DNA of 64,000 nucleotides from Alkalispirochaeta sp. (GTDB lineage Bacteria; Spirochaetota; Spirochaetia; DSM-27196; Alkalispirochaetaceae), in NCBI GenBank assembly GCA_965601925.1, contig OZ271854.1, positions 160,001 through 224,000 of the forward strand, written 5' to 3'. The translations under genes and the position numbers were made by a program. Below the pieces are notes generated by a model. The model searched no databases and was not told where the DNA came from. It was given only the letters and a program-made list of their open reading frames with translations. Shown in pieces: positions 51,531 to 60,743 of the stretch (within the stretch, counting starts at the first letter, position 1; each line of letters starts with the position of its first letter).

Positions 51531-52502
51531 TTACTGTTCCGCACCCATTCCGAGGAGGTCGTCGAGTCTCAGCCGTTCGTCCACGGTACCCGGTGCGGCG
51601 ACGGTACGGCGACCGGCGGCGAGACCCAGAGCGATCGCACCGGGACACGTGAGCCCTCGCGACAGTCCCGTTACCAGCCCCGCGACAAAGGCGTCTCCGG
51701 CGCCGTTGGCATTTGCGGTGGGTACGGGCGCGGTTCGATAGAGCTGTGTTTCCGTCTCGCCGGGTCGCCACGACGCCGCACCACGCTCACCGCGGGTAAC
51801 GATGCAGCAGCGTATATCCGCATCGCCCGGTTTGAACAGATCGCGCGCCACTGCATTCATCTCGTCGGCGTTGGGTGTGATGATGTCGATGCGACCCGAC
51901 AGACGACAAAGACGCCGCGCCTTTTCGACACTCACCGGCTCCACAACGACATACGCGCCCCGCCCACGAGCCCAATCGAGCCCCGCCTCCAGCGCCTCGA
52001 CGGAGAGGTTGCAATCCATGACGAGAATCGGGTGCGCGCTACGGCCACGACGAGCCGTTGCCGTGGGCGCTCTCGGTCCCCTCAGGACGGCGGCGGCCCG
52101 ATCGAGCATCGCGCGGAAAGCATCGGGTTCCAGCGTCTCGACGGCGGCCATGTCCGAGACGGCCGTATCGAGCTCTCCACGGTCCATGATGCTCACATAC
52201 AATCCGACGCGACCGTCGGGCCGTCGCGCTACACACCCCACGTCGACCCCCGCTGCGGCGGTCCGCGCTAAGGTCCAGACGGAGAGCGGGTCCTCGCCGA
52301 CGACGCCGACAAGCGCCACCGGAGTTTCCAGACGCGCAACAGTCTCGGCGATATTGCGCGCCACGCCACCGGCCGAGAGGCGCACCGTTCCCGGGTTGGA
52401 GGTATGTCGTCGCATGGTCGAGGCGCTTTCGGCCGCGAGATCGCAGCTGATACCGCCGGCGACTATCACCGGCACGACGTCCCGCCGCACAGTCCGTTCC
52501 AT
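51531..52502 (-). CDS. psuK: PfkB family kinase, probable pseudouridine kinase
   Basis: SNPG, GGVARNIAE, VG.D, EPVS..K, PN.DE, GAGDAF; adjacent to psuG. Confidence 0.8.
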   Translation of the reverse strand: MERTVRRDVVPVIVAGGISCDLAAESASTMRRHTSNPGTVRLSAGGVARNIAETVARLETPVALVGVVGEDPLSVWTLARTAAAGVDVGCVARRPDGRVGLYVSIMDRGELDTAVSDMAAVETLEPDAFRAMLDRAAAVLRGPRAPTATARRGRSAHPILVMDCNLSVEALEAGLDWARGRGAYVVVEPVSVEKARRLCRLSGRIDIITPNADEMNAVARDLFKPGDADIRCCIVTRGERGAASWRPGETETQLYRTAPVPTANANGAGDAFVAGLVTGLSRGLTCPGAIALGLAAGRRTVAAPGTVDERLRLDDLLGMGAEQ

Positions 52503-52549
52503 GTGAAGCGGGATTGTATCACGCACTAAGCGCGGACTACAGTACATTC

Positions 52550-53836
52550 GTGCAGAGATTCGCAACCCTGACGCTGCTCTTCGTACTGCGTTACACCCTG
52601 GGGCTGTGGCTTCGATGGCGTTTTCGCGTGACGATTCGATACGACGAGAGTTTTCGCCGCCTTAAGCCTCCCTTTCTCGTCCTCCCCAACCACGTCAATT
52701 TCTGGGACCCATTTCTCGTGGCAATGGCCTTCGATAAGCCGGTGCACTTCATCGCCGCGGACGGGAACTTTCGCAGCCGTGTGATGCGTCGCCTTCTTAC
52801 CGTCGCCGCGGCGATTCCCAAGACGAAGGCTAAGAACGACTTCGAAAGCCTGCGCGCGCTCCGGGAACGCGTGGCGGCGCGGGAAATCGTCGGCCTATTC
52901 GCGGAAGGGCAACGGACGTGGGACGGGCGAAGTCGCCCCCTCCTTCCGGCGACGCCCAAACTCGTGAAACTCTTGGACGTGCCGGTCGTCGGCGTGCGAC
53001 TGGGCGGTGCGTATCTTTCGACGCCGCGGTGGGCGACCAATCTGAGGCGGGGCCGGCTTGAGATAGCGATCTCGACCGTCCTCGACGCGCAGCAGGTACA
53101 CACCCTCTCCAGACGCCGCATCGCCGAAGAGCTCGATACGGCGATTCGATTCGACGAGGACGATTGGCGACAAGAACGCGGCATCCACTTCGTGGCGCGC
53201 AATCGCGCAGAGGGAGCCGAGCGAGCGCTTTTTCTGTGTCCGACGTGCCTCCGGTGGGGCACGCTTCGCTCCGACGGATCGTTCCTACGGTGTCTTCACT
53301 GCGGTGATACGACGTGGTTCGCGCCGTCGGGAACGCTCTATCACATCGCCCCGTCCACCGCCGTCCGACACCACCGATTCCGATATCTCGCCGACTGGAA
53401 CGCATGGCAACGAGCGACGCTTCTGAGCGCGGCGAAAACGGACGGGCACCCCGCTACTCCGGCGGTGGTCGATTCGCCGGAGCACCCCTTTCCGTACTGC
53501 ATAGAGCGCGTTCGACTTCTCACGGGCTTCCGTAGCCGCCCGCTGTCGGAACGCGGTGAGGTGGCGCTTGCACTCGAGGCACGGGGGCTACGCCTACGCG
53601 CCTCCACGTATGCGCAGCTTCCGAATCGTCGGGGAGAACTCTTCCTGCCTATCGAGGAGATCAAGGGTGTCAACGTGCAGTACGCCCACCAACTCGAGTT
53701 CTACGTCCGCGGCACGCTGTTCGTGATACGCGCACTCGCGGCCCATGACTCGGTATATCGCATCGAGGAGTCGATTCTCTTTCTCCAAGGCCGGCGTTCG
53801 CTCGCTCCTATTCTTCACAATTTCGATAAGAATTAG
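52550..53836 (+). CDS. Lysophospholipid acyltransferase with a C-terminal Zn-ribbon-like region
   Basis: NHVNFWD, FAEGQRTWDG, CPTC...CLHC; start probably GTG 52550. Confidence 0.85.
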   Translation: MQRFATLTLLFVLRYTLGLWLRWRFRVTIRYDESFRRLKPPFLVLPNHVNFWDPFLVAMAFDKPVHFIAADGNFRSRVMRRLLTVAAAIPKTKAKNDFESLRALRERVAAREIVGLFAEGQRTWDGRSRPLLPATPKLVKLLDVPVVGVRLGGAYLSTPRWATNLRRGRLEIAISTVLDAQQVHTLSRRRIAEELDTAIRFDEDDWRQERGIHFVARNRAEGAERALFLCPTCLRWGTLRSDGSFLRCLHCGDTTWFAPSGTLYHIAPSTAVRHHRFRYLADWNAWQRATLLSAAKTDGHPATPAVVDSPEHPFPYCIERVRLLTGFRSRPLSERGEVALALEARGLRLRASTYAQLPNRRGELFLPIEEIKGVNVQYAHQLEFYVRGTLFVIRALAAHDSVYRIEESILFLQGRRSLAPILHNFDKN

Positions 53837-53848
53837 TATAGTATCGAT

Positions 53849-54088
53849 ATGAAAAGAGCGATTTTCGATTTGGTCGGTGCGACGTGCACCTCGTGTTCGA
53901 TCGGTATCGAACATATGGGGCGCCGGATTCGCGGCGTCGAGGACGTATGGGTCGACAGACAAACGAGTGAGATCTTTCTCGACTTTGACGGCAACCCCGC
54001 TACCGTAGATAAAATCGTCAATTTTGTGCAAGCGATCGGATATGAAGCTAAGCTCAAGGCTGAGGAGCCGGTTCCGCAGGAGACCTAA
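53849..54088 (+). CDS. Heavy-metal-associated (CopZ-like) protein
   Basis: GATCTSC, GV..V.V, IGYEA. Confidence 0.85.
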   Translation: MKRAIFDLVGATCTSCSIGIEHMGRRIRGVEDVWVDRQTSEIFLDFDGNPATVDKIVNFVQAIGYEAKLKAEEPVPQET

Positions 54089-55395
54089 ACTTCGCGCGCC
54101 ACGGCTCCTTCAGCGTTGCCGTTACCGTGTATCGCAATATGCCGGTTGAGCCTGGAAAGGCGTTGCGCCAAAAGGCGAGCGAGGAATATGCCGTAATGAG
54201 GTTGCCGTTGTACACTGTTCACAAAGGCGTTCTTCGTCACCCGTATGAGTCGGCTCTGTCCGCGTGAGACGACGGTGGCCGAGCGTCTGTTACCGAGAAG
54301 AAACGACATTTCGCCGAGAAAAATATCGTCCGGCGTGAGCGTCGCCACCTTCTGCCCCCCGCTGAGAATTTCGAGCTTTCCGTTGACGATATAGAATAGA
54401 TCGTTCGACTCCTCGCCCTCCCGAAACACCACCTCGTCGTCCCGGAAGTCGGTTATCTCCTGATCGGCAAAGATGCTCGGTGTAGCGTTGGCCTGCTTCT
54501 GGTGCGGCACTTCAAAGCTGACTTCGTTTCCCCGTTCGTTGTAACGAAGATCGCTGATATAGTGACTCGTCATCTTGATGCCGTGGCCGTGTTGCTCGAG
54601 GTTCACCTCGTCGTTGGCAACGCGGGAGCGCCAGTCGAATCCCGCACCCTCGTCGGCGATCTGGAACGCAGAATGTGACGGATTAATACGATACGTCACC
54701 GCAACGCGCCTGGAGCCGATGCGTTCGTCGCGGCACTTCTCGCGAATGAGAGGGATAATATCGCCGTGGGCCTTCAAATACTCGGTCTTCTCATCATAGG
54801 AGATCCCGCAGTTACCGTGCTCGATCGCGTTCATAATCATCTCGAAGAGCGCCACGTGCAGGCGGTCGCGCATCTCTAAATCGATGTAGTTCGAGTTAAA
54901 CAGAAAGTTGGATATCAGCGAGGCGTAGGTACGGGCGTTGTACGGATCGTTATCCATCTCGAAGCTGCCGTGAATCGTACCGAGGAAATCGAGCTGAATG
55001 TCCCGTTGAAAGAGAATTTGACGATTGCGGTACAGAATGTAGAGTACACGAAAAAAGGTTTCTACAAACTCGTCCCGCCGGATCATGGTCACCACGTTGG
55101 TCTCTCGCGGCAGCTCCTCGACGATGCGGCTGTTTTTGCGCGCGTACACCCCGATGATACCGCCGTAGTGGAGCCACGGATCTTCATTGATCGATGCGAC
55201 CAACTGTCGGCCGTCGATCCTCTCGTCGGAAAAGTGAACGAGTTGAAACTCCGGTAGCTCGTAGCGGATGTACTCGAGTGCCGCGTCCACGGTATCAAGA
55301 AACACCGGTTGAAAGGCTGAGTCGAACTTGGAGCAGATCCTCCGGACGCGATCGTTTATCGCATCGTCACTGCACACTACGGGAAAGCGGCGCAT
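54085..55395 (-). CDS. Signalling protein: receiver-like, HATPase_c (RsbW-like) and cNMP-binding domains
   Basis: EMIMNAIEHGN, DEGAGFD, HGHGI; VFREGEES, FLGEMSFL...RSATV. Confidence 0.8.
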   Translation of the reverse strand: MRRFPVVCSDDAINDRVRRICSKFDSAFQPVFLDTVDAALEYIRYELPEFQLVHFSDERIDGRQLVASINEDPWLHYGGIIGVYARKNSRIVEELPRETNVVTMIRRDEFVETFFRVLYILYRNRQILFQRDIQLDFLGTIHGSFEMDNDPYNARTYASLISNFLFNSNYIDLEMRDRLHVALFEMIMNAIEHGNCGISYDEKTEYLKAHGDIIPLIREKCRDERIGSRRVAVTYRINPSHSAFQIADEGAGFDWRSRVANDEVNLEQHGHGIKMTSHYISDLRYNERGNEVSFEVPHQKQANATPSIFADQEITDFRDDEVVFREGEESNDLFYIVNGKLEILSGGQKVATLTPDDIFLGEMSFLLGNRRSATVVSRGQSRLIRVTKNAFVNSVQRQPHYGIFLARLLAQRLSRLNRHIAIHGNGNAEGAVAREV

Positions 55396-55459
55396 ATCTC
55401 AGATATCGGCGCCGGCCCGACGAACGTTGAACATTTTCATATGTAGCGAATAATACCAT

Positions 55460-55492
55460 AAAAAAACGGAGCCGCAACGATGTACGACTCCG
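55460..55492 (-). terminator. Rho-independent terminator after rpsD
   Basis: Minus strand CGGAGTCGTA-CATCGT-TGCGGCTCCG-TTTTTTT. Confidence 0.8.
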
Positions 55493-55561
55493 CTCCCTCT
55501 GCAACCTCGTCCTTCAGGACGGCGGTCGACTCCCGCGGAGTCGGCCGGTCTGCGATACGCC

Positions 55562-56176
55562 TTACTTCGAGTAGAACTCGACGATCAGCTGCTCCTCGGC
55601 GATGGTGGGAATCATATCCCGCGTCGGAAGCATCGCTACGGTGCCTGTGAGGTCGTCCTGGGAAACCTCGATCCACGGCGCTATCTGCCGCGACGAGTTT
55701 TCCGATACGAGCCGGCGCATGAGCATCTCGGAACCCTTTTTCGATTTTACCGAGATCTTGTCACCGGGGCGTACCAATGCACTGGGAATCGTCACCTTGC
55801 GTCCGTTGAGATGAATGTGACCGTGGCCTACGAGCTGTCGAGCTTGTCGACGGCTTGCGGCCATACCCATGCGATACACCACGTTGTCCAAACGCCGCTC
55901 GAGTAAGATCAGCATGTTGTGTCCGGTAACGCCCTTCAAGACCTTGGCCTTGTAGAACAGGTTGCGGAACTGACGCTCCGACAACCCGTAGGCGAACTTT
56001 ACCTTTTGCTTCTCTTTGAGCTGGCGTGCGTACTCAGTCTCGCGAATGCGACCCTTCTTCGGTTCACCAGGCCCGTACGGCTTTTTCTTAAGCAGACGGT
56101 CGTACTTGGGATTTCCAAAGATATTGATGCCGAGGTGACGTACCGTCTTACCCCGGGCTTTGGAAGATCGAGCCAT
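55562..56176 (-). CDS. rpsD: 30S ribosomal protein S4
   Basis: Y..QL.EKQK, LERRLDNVVYR, ARQLV.HGH, LIVEFYSK; RBS AAGGAG. Confidence 0.97.
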   Translation of the reverse strand: MARSSKARGKTVRHLGINIFGNPKYDRLLKKKPYGPGEPKKGRIRETEYARQLKEKQKVKFAYGLSERQFRNLFYKAKVLKGVTGHNMLILLERRLDNVVYRMGMAASRRQARQLVGHGHIHLNGRKVTIPSALVRPGDKISVKSKKGSEMLMRRLVSENSSRQIAPWIEVSQDDLTGTVAMLPTRDMIPTIAEEQLIVEFYSK

Positions 56177-56225
56177 TCACATATCTCCTTGCAATACGCT
56201 GCCAACGGACGCGTTTCGAAAGCGC

Positions 56226-56255
56226 ATACTATGCCTATGATTCATCGCGTGTCAA
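56226..56255 (-). promoter_or_regulatory. Candidate sigma70 promoter of rpsD
   Basis: TTGACA (56255-56250), 18 nt, TAGTAT (56231-56226). Confidence 0.6.
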
Positions 56256-56276
56256 GGATCTCGAATGATCGGAGTC

Positions 56277-58130
56277 CTACTCACCGCCGCCGAAGAGCCC
56301 CTTCAATCGCCCGAGAATACCTTTCGGCTTCTCGGACGCGGTTTCTCGGGGCGGTGCCGTCCGATCCTCCGACGGGCGAGCGGCCTTTTTCGCCTGCTGC
56401 GGCTTCTTTCCCGCAGCCGACCGATCGGATTCGCGGCGGTCGCCTCCGCTCGATGCGTTCTTCTGCGGGGGACGCGCACCGTCACGTCGCTGTTGATTGG
56501 AGCGGCCGCGAGACCGCCTTTTGCGAGAACTCGATCCGCTCTTTGTGCGCGGGCTTCCTTTGGCGCCGTCCATGCTCGCAAGCATCTCGTCGGTGGGTTG
56601 AAAATCCTCGCCATATTTTTTGCGATAGTACGCGAGGCGCTCCTCCAAGCTGTCGCTCGCCTTGGGTGCCGCCCCGACCGGCTCGCGCGACGGCCGTCGA
56701 TCCGGACGGCGATCCGCCGGTCGGCGATCGGAGGGACGACGGTCGGAGTCGTGCCGCTCGTGGGACCGACGTCTCGACGCGGGCCGGTCGTCGTCGCGAC
56801 GTTCGTGCTGACGACGCGAAGGGTGTCTGTCGCCGTCGCGGCGTTCGCTTCGCCGGTCCGGAGCGCCGCGCTCGCCGCGTCGTTGCCCGCCTCGCCCGGA
56901 GGAGCCGCGCCCCGGTCTGCCGCCCCGCCCCGGACCGCGATCGTCCCGGTCGCGTCCGGTTACCTCGAGCTGAATGCGCATACCGGCACTTGCGTCCTCG
57001 GCGTACAGATCGTCGGTCAACTGTTCCACGGGAATTTTCTGATTAATCAAGCTTTCTATGGCGTCGAGGCCGAAGACGAACTTCTGGCACGCTAAAGAGA
57101 CCGCGCGCCCCGACTCGCCGGCGCGGGCGGTTCGTCCGATACGGTGTACGTACGCCTCGGGATCCTCCGGAAGGTCGTAGTTGATCACCATGTCGAGATT
57201 GTCGATGTGGAGTCCCCGCGCCGCCACGTCGGTCGCCACGAGAAACTCCGACTCACCCGCCTTGATGCGCCGGATGATCGCCAACCGCTTACGCTGCGGA
57301 AGGTCTCCCATAATGAAGTCCGCGGGATACCCGTTGATGTCCAGGCGTTTCGCGACCTCCTCGGCGGCGCGTTTGGTGTTGGTAAAGACGATCGCGGTAC
57401 GCGGCCGATCGCGCTTCAGGAGGCCCAGTATGACGGCCATCTTGTCCTCCGAGGCGACGTGATAGAGGCTCTGATTCACGCGGTCGACGGTAATCTGTTC
57501 CGGTTCGATCTCGATCTCCACCGGATTGTTCATATACTCCCACGCGATATTACGCGCCTTTACGCTCAGGGTGGCGCTGAAGAGCATGGTAGTGCGCTCC
57601 TCCCGCGGCTGCATGCGGCGCATCATGCGTCTGATATCGGGGTAGAAGCCCATATCGAAGAGCCGGTCGGCCTCGTCGATAATGACAGCGCCGACCTCTT
57701 TAAGCTTCATGTGGCCGGTCTGACTGAGATCCAGGATGCGCCCGGGCGTGCCGACCATGATATTGACGCCTTCGGCGAGGGCCTGTTGCTGACGCCCGTA
57801 GCCGACACCGCCGTGAAAGACCTCCGTCTTAATAGGTAGCTTTTCCGCGAGGAGGTCGGCCTCCTCTTTGATTTGAACCGCCAACTCGCGCGTCGGCGCG
57901 ACCACCAGTGCATTGCGTTCCTTGAACCGTTCGTCATGCAAAAGAAGTTGAAACGTTGGAAGAAGAAAGGCTGCAGTCTTGCCAGTTCCCGTCTGTGATT
58001 GTACCATTACATCAGAACCGTCGATCACGTGCGGTATGGTACGGGCTTGTACGTCGGTGCATTCCTCAAAGCCGGCCGCAGCTATTCCGGCGAGTATTTC
58101 ACTGTCGAGTTTCAATTCATCGAATTTCAT
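56277..58130 (-). CDS. DEAD-box RNA helicase with long R/D-rich C-terminal tail
   Basis: QTGTGKT, PTRELA, TPGR, DEAD, SAT, ARGL, HRIGRTAR. Confidence 0.95.
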   Translation of the reverse strand: MKFDELKLDSEILAGIAAAGFEECTDVQARTIPHVIDGSDVMVQSQTGTGKTAAFLLPTFQLLLHDERFKERNALVVAPTRELAVQIKEEADLLAEKLPIKTEVFHGGVGYGRQQQALAEGVNIMVGTPGRILDLSQTGHMKLKEVGAVIIDEADRLFDMGFYPDIRRMMRRMQPREERTTMLFSATLSVKARNIAWEYMNNPVEIEIEPEQITVDRVNQSLYHVASEDKMAVILGLLKRDRPRTAIVFTNTKRAAEEVAKRLDINGYPADFIMGDLPQRKRLAIIRRIKAGESEFLVATDVAARGLHIDNLDMVINYDLPEDPEAYVHRIGRTARAGESGRAVSLACQKFVFGLDAIESLINQKIPVEQLTDDLYAEDASAGMRIQLEVTGRDRDDRGPGRGGRPGRGSSGRGGQRRGERGAPDRRSERRDGDRHPSRRQHERRDDDRPASRRRSHERHDSDRRPSDRRPADRRPDRRPSREPVGAAPKASDSLEERLAYYRKKYGEDFQPTDEMLASMDGAKGSPRTKSGSSSRKRRSRGRSNQQRRDGARPPQKNASSGGDRRESDRSAAGKKPQQAKKAARPSEDRTAPPRETASEKPKGILGRLKGLFGGGE

Positions 58131-58192
58131 ACCCGTCTAAGGTATAGAAAAGACCGGTATTCCGCAACGGAGCATATTTCGGGAGGAACTAT

Positions 58193-58762
58193 ATGCACGA
58201 TTCTCACCAATTGGCGAGTAAAGCGGGCGATATTGCCGCCGATTTCGACGGTCATCCCCACGGATGCGCCCACTGTACGCTTGCGGGCGTCCACGAAGCG
58301 CTGGGCATTCGAGACGCCATACTGTTTCGAGCGGCAACCGGGCTCTCCGCCGAGAGCGGTCTTTCCGTCGACGGTACGTGCGGCGCGTACAGCGGTGCGG
58401 TGTTGGCGATGTCCAGTATCTTCGGCCCCGCCGAGGCGAGCGCAGAGGCCGATAGCGCAACGTTGTATCGAGGATTCGATTTGGCGCGACGGCTGTTCAA
58501 TCGATTCATGGATCAGTACGGCACGCTTCGATGCAGCGCCATCCGACGGCGAACCGCTACGCACCGTGCGTCGTCGGTACTCGACGAGGGTAGTCGTCTC
58601 TCACAGTGCGGAGCCAAACGTTCAGGGCATTGCCGCGAGACGTGTCGCTACGCCGCCTCGTGGGCGACTGAGCTTCTCCTCGCCGAGGCCGCGCGATCCG
58701 GCTCAACGTTGAACGACGTTCGGCACACCTTCGTGCGCTCCCGCGCCGGAATCGAAACGTAG
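58193..58762 (+). CDS. C-GCAxxG-C-C family putative redox protein
   Basis: RBS GGGAGG; GCA, TCGAYSG, RC..I, C-terminal C. Confidence 0.8.
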   Translation: MHDSHQLASKAGDIAADFDGHPHGCAHCTLAGVHEALGIRDAILFRAATGLSAESGLSVDGTCGAYSGAVLAMSSIFGPAEASAEADSATLYRGFDLARRLFNRFMDQYGTLRCSAIRRRTATHRASSVLDEGSRLSQCGAKRSGHCRETCRYAASWATELLLAEAARSGSTLNDVRHTFVRSRAGIET

Positions 58763-58881
58763 GCGGCGGCACCCTCCGCCGGTGCGTCGGGGCTTGCGGT
58801 ACGAACTATCGCGATCCCGAGCCGCTCTCGGTGAGAACCGTGCCGCCCACAGAAGTCATCACACCGATTTGCATCTTTTTT

Positions 58882-58910
58882 TTGACACCACGCGCCGCCT
58901 GTACTAAAAT
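58882..58910 (+). promoter_or_regulatory. Sigma70 promoter of the beta-amylase gene
   Basis: TTGACA (58882-58887), 17 nt, TAAAAT (58905-58910). Confidence 0.8.
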
Positions 58911-58919
58911 ACGTCTACA

Positions 58920-58933
58920 GTAAACCGGTTTAC
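58920..58933. promoter_or_regulatory. LacI-family-type operator
   Basis: Perfect 14-bp palindrome GTAAACCGGTTTAC just downstream of the predicted transcription start. Confidence 0.7.
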
Positions 58934-58967
58934 AAAAATCTACCGCTACTTATTAGGAGCATGACTC

Positions 58968-60395
58968 ATGAAGATAGGGAAACTATACATCGCCGCCCTT
59001 CTCGGGCTCACGGTGCTGGCGGCCGGTTGTAATGTAGGACTGCACTCCGCGGAGGACGCGAATGAGCAAACGGATGCGCCGCTGTCCGCTGCATCCGCCG
59101 GTGCCTTTACCGCAAACGTTATGGCGCCCCTTCGCGTCACCGATTGGAACGGCTTCCGCAATCAGCTTTCGGTCGCCAAATCAATGGGGGTCGACGCGGT
59201 AAGCGTTGATGTGTGGTGGGGCGATGTCGAGGGCGCGGGTGATCAATCCTTCGATTGGTCGTACTACGATACAATCTTTCGAGAGATTACCGACGCCGGT
59301 CTCGATATTGTAGCGATCATGTCCTTCCATCAGGCGGGGGGCAACGTCGGGGACGACTATACCGCGCTCCTCCCATCGTGGATCTGGAACCACTATACCT
59401 CGCAGGGCATCAGCGCCGACGATCTCAAATACGTGAGCGAGACCGGTCAGGCGAGTGCCGAGTATGTGACGCTGTGGGCCGATGACTACGTCATAAGCGA
59501 GTACGTCGAGTTTATGAACGCCTTCGAGGCGCGTTACGCCTTCTATGCCGCGGACATAGACGAGCTTAACATCTCCGGAGGCAGCGCAGGCGAGCTACGC
59601 TACCCCTCCTACAACGCTCACGACTGGGGCGGCTATCCAAACCGCGGCACGCTCCAGGCCTACGGCAGACTTGCGGTCGAGGACTTTCAAGATGCGATGG
59701 TGTCCAAATACGGAAATCTCACCGGCATCAACACGGCGTGGGGCAGCAGCCTTACCAGCGTCTCCCAGATCGGCCCTCCGACAAATGTCGACTACTTCTT
59801 CAGCTCATACGACTATCAGAACATTCAGTACGGGCGCGATTTCTTCGATTGGTACAACCAGTCCCTCGTGGATCACGGACGCCGCCTGATCCAAGCGGCC
59901 ATCGACGCCTTCGATAACCAGATGAGCGGCATTGAGATCGGGATCAAGATTCCCGGTATTCATTGGACGATGGGCGATCCAAACTATCCGCGCCTCGCGG
60001 AGCTCACCGCCGGACTGATTCGGTCGAGTACCAACAACTGGACCCCGTCGACGGGCCACGGCTACGACTCCATCGTGAGCGCCGCCGCCGGCTGGAGTCG
60101 TCACATCAACTTACACTTCACATGCTTGGAGATGGGGAACGAGAACTACGCCCCCGCCTATTCGCGAGCCCAGGACCTCGTCTTCTGGGTCGCCGATGCG
60201 GCCGAGCGCGCCGGTGTCTCGATCAAGGGCGAAAACGCGCTCGCCGGCGGCGTAACGACCCACGCCGGCTGGAACAACATCGAGAACGCCCTGACTTGGG
60301 CCTCCTACTCCGGCCTGACGGTCCTCAGGATGGAGCAGGTGACGTGGAACGGCATCGGCCGCTCACGCTACGAACAGGTGATTTTGCATTACTGA
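58968..60395 (+). CDS. Beta-amylase (glycoside hydrolase family 14), lipoprotein
   Basis: Lipobox LAAG-C; VDVWWG, SFHQAGGNVGDD, GELRYPSY, KIPGIHW, FTCLEM, GENAL; RBS AGGAG. Confidence 0.92.
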   Translation: MKIGKLYIAALLGLTVLAAGCNVGLHSAEDANEQTDAPLSAASAGAFTANVMAPLRVTDWNGFRNQLSVAKSMGVDAVSVDVWWGDVEGAGDQSFDWSYYDTIFREITDAGLDIVAIMSFHQAGGNVGDDYTALLPSWIWNHYTSQGISADDLKYVSETGQASAEYVTLWADDYVISEYVEFMNAFEARYAFYAADIDELNISGGSAGELRYPSYNAHDWGGYPNRGTLQAYGRLAVEDFQDAMVSKYGNLTGINTAWGSSLTSVSQIGPPTNVDYFFSSYDYQNIQYGRDFFDWYNQSLVDHGRRLIQAAIDAFDNQMSGIEIGIKIPGIHWTMGDPNYPRLAELTAGLIRSSTNNWTPSTGHGYDSIVSAAAGWSRHINLHFTCLEMGNENYAPAYSRAQDLVFWVADAAERAGVSIKGENALAGGVTTHAGWNNIENALTWASYSGLTVLRMEQVTWNGIGRSRYEQVILHY

Positions 60396-60408
60396 GTAAC
60401 AACCGGAA

Positions 60409-60492
60409 CCGGAGTGGGCCGGCATCTCAAGCCCACTCCGGCGTATACTCCCGCCCTTTGCGTAAACGCGACGCGTCACGACGCGTTTACGC
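60409..60492. terminator. Two tandem GC-rich hairpins between convergent genes
   Basis: CCGGAGTGGGC...GCCCACTCCGG (60409-60441) and GCGTAAACGCG...CGCGTTTACGC (60460-60492); no U-tract. Confidence 0.5.
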
Positions 60493-60743
60493 GGACGATT
60501 ACGCCACACGAGACGTATCCGAAACCTTGGAGCGGATGTCGATGTACGGACGCACAGAGTGCACGGACTGCCCGGAATCGCCGCGAGCTTGAATAACCAC
60601 CGTCGTTCAACACGCTCGCCGTACGACGGAGTGCGTCTCACCGCGGTCGCGTACAACCGCCGCTATGCCGAATACTCACGGTATGGAACGCTCTCTATCA
60701 ACAATCGGTCCTGCGATACGGTACCCCCTCCTGCACCGCGCAC

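Noticed and set aside
55919..57095. Plus-strand ORFs 55919-57046 and 56265-57095; CRISPR-like repeats near 56690-56750
   Set aside because: Shadows of the low-complexity helicase tail; the repeats are short coding DRRP units without spacers
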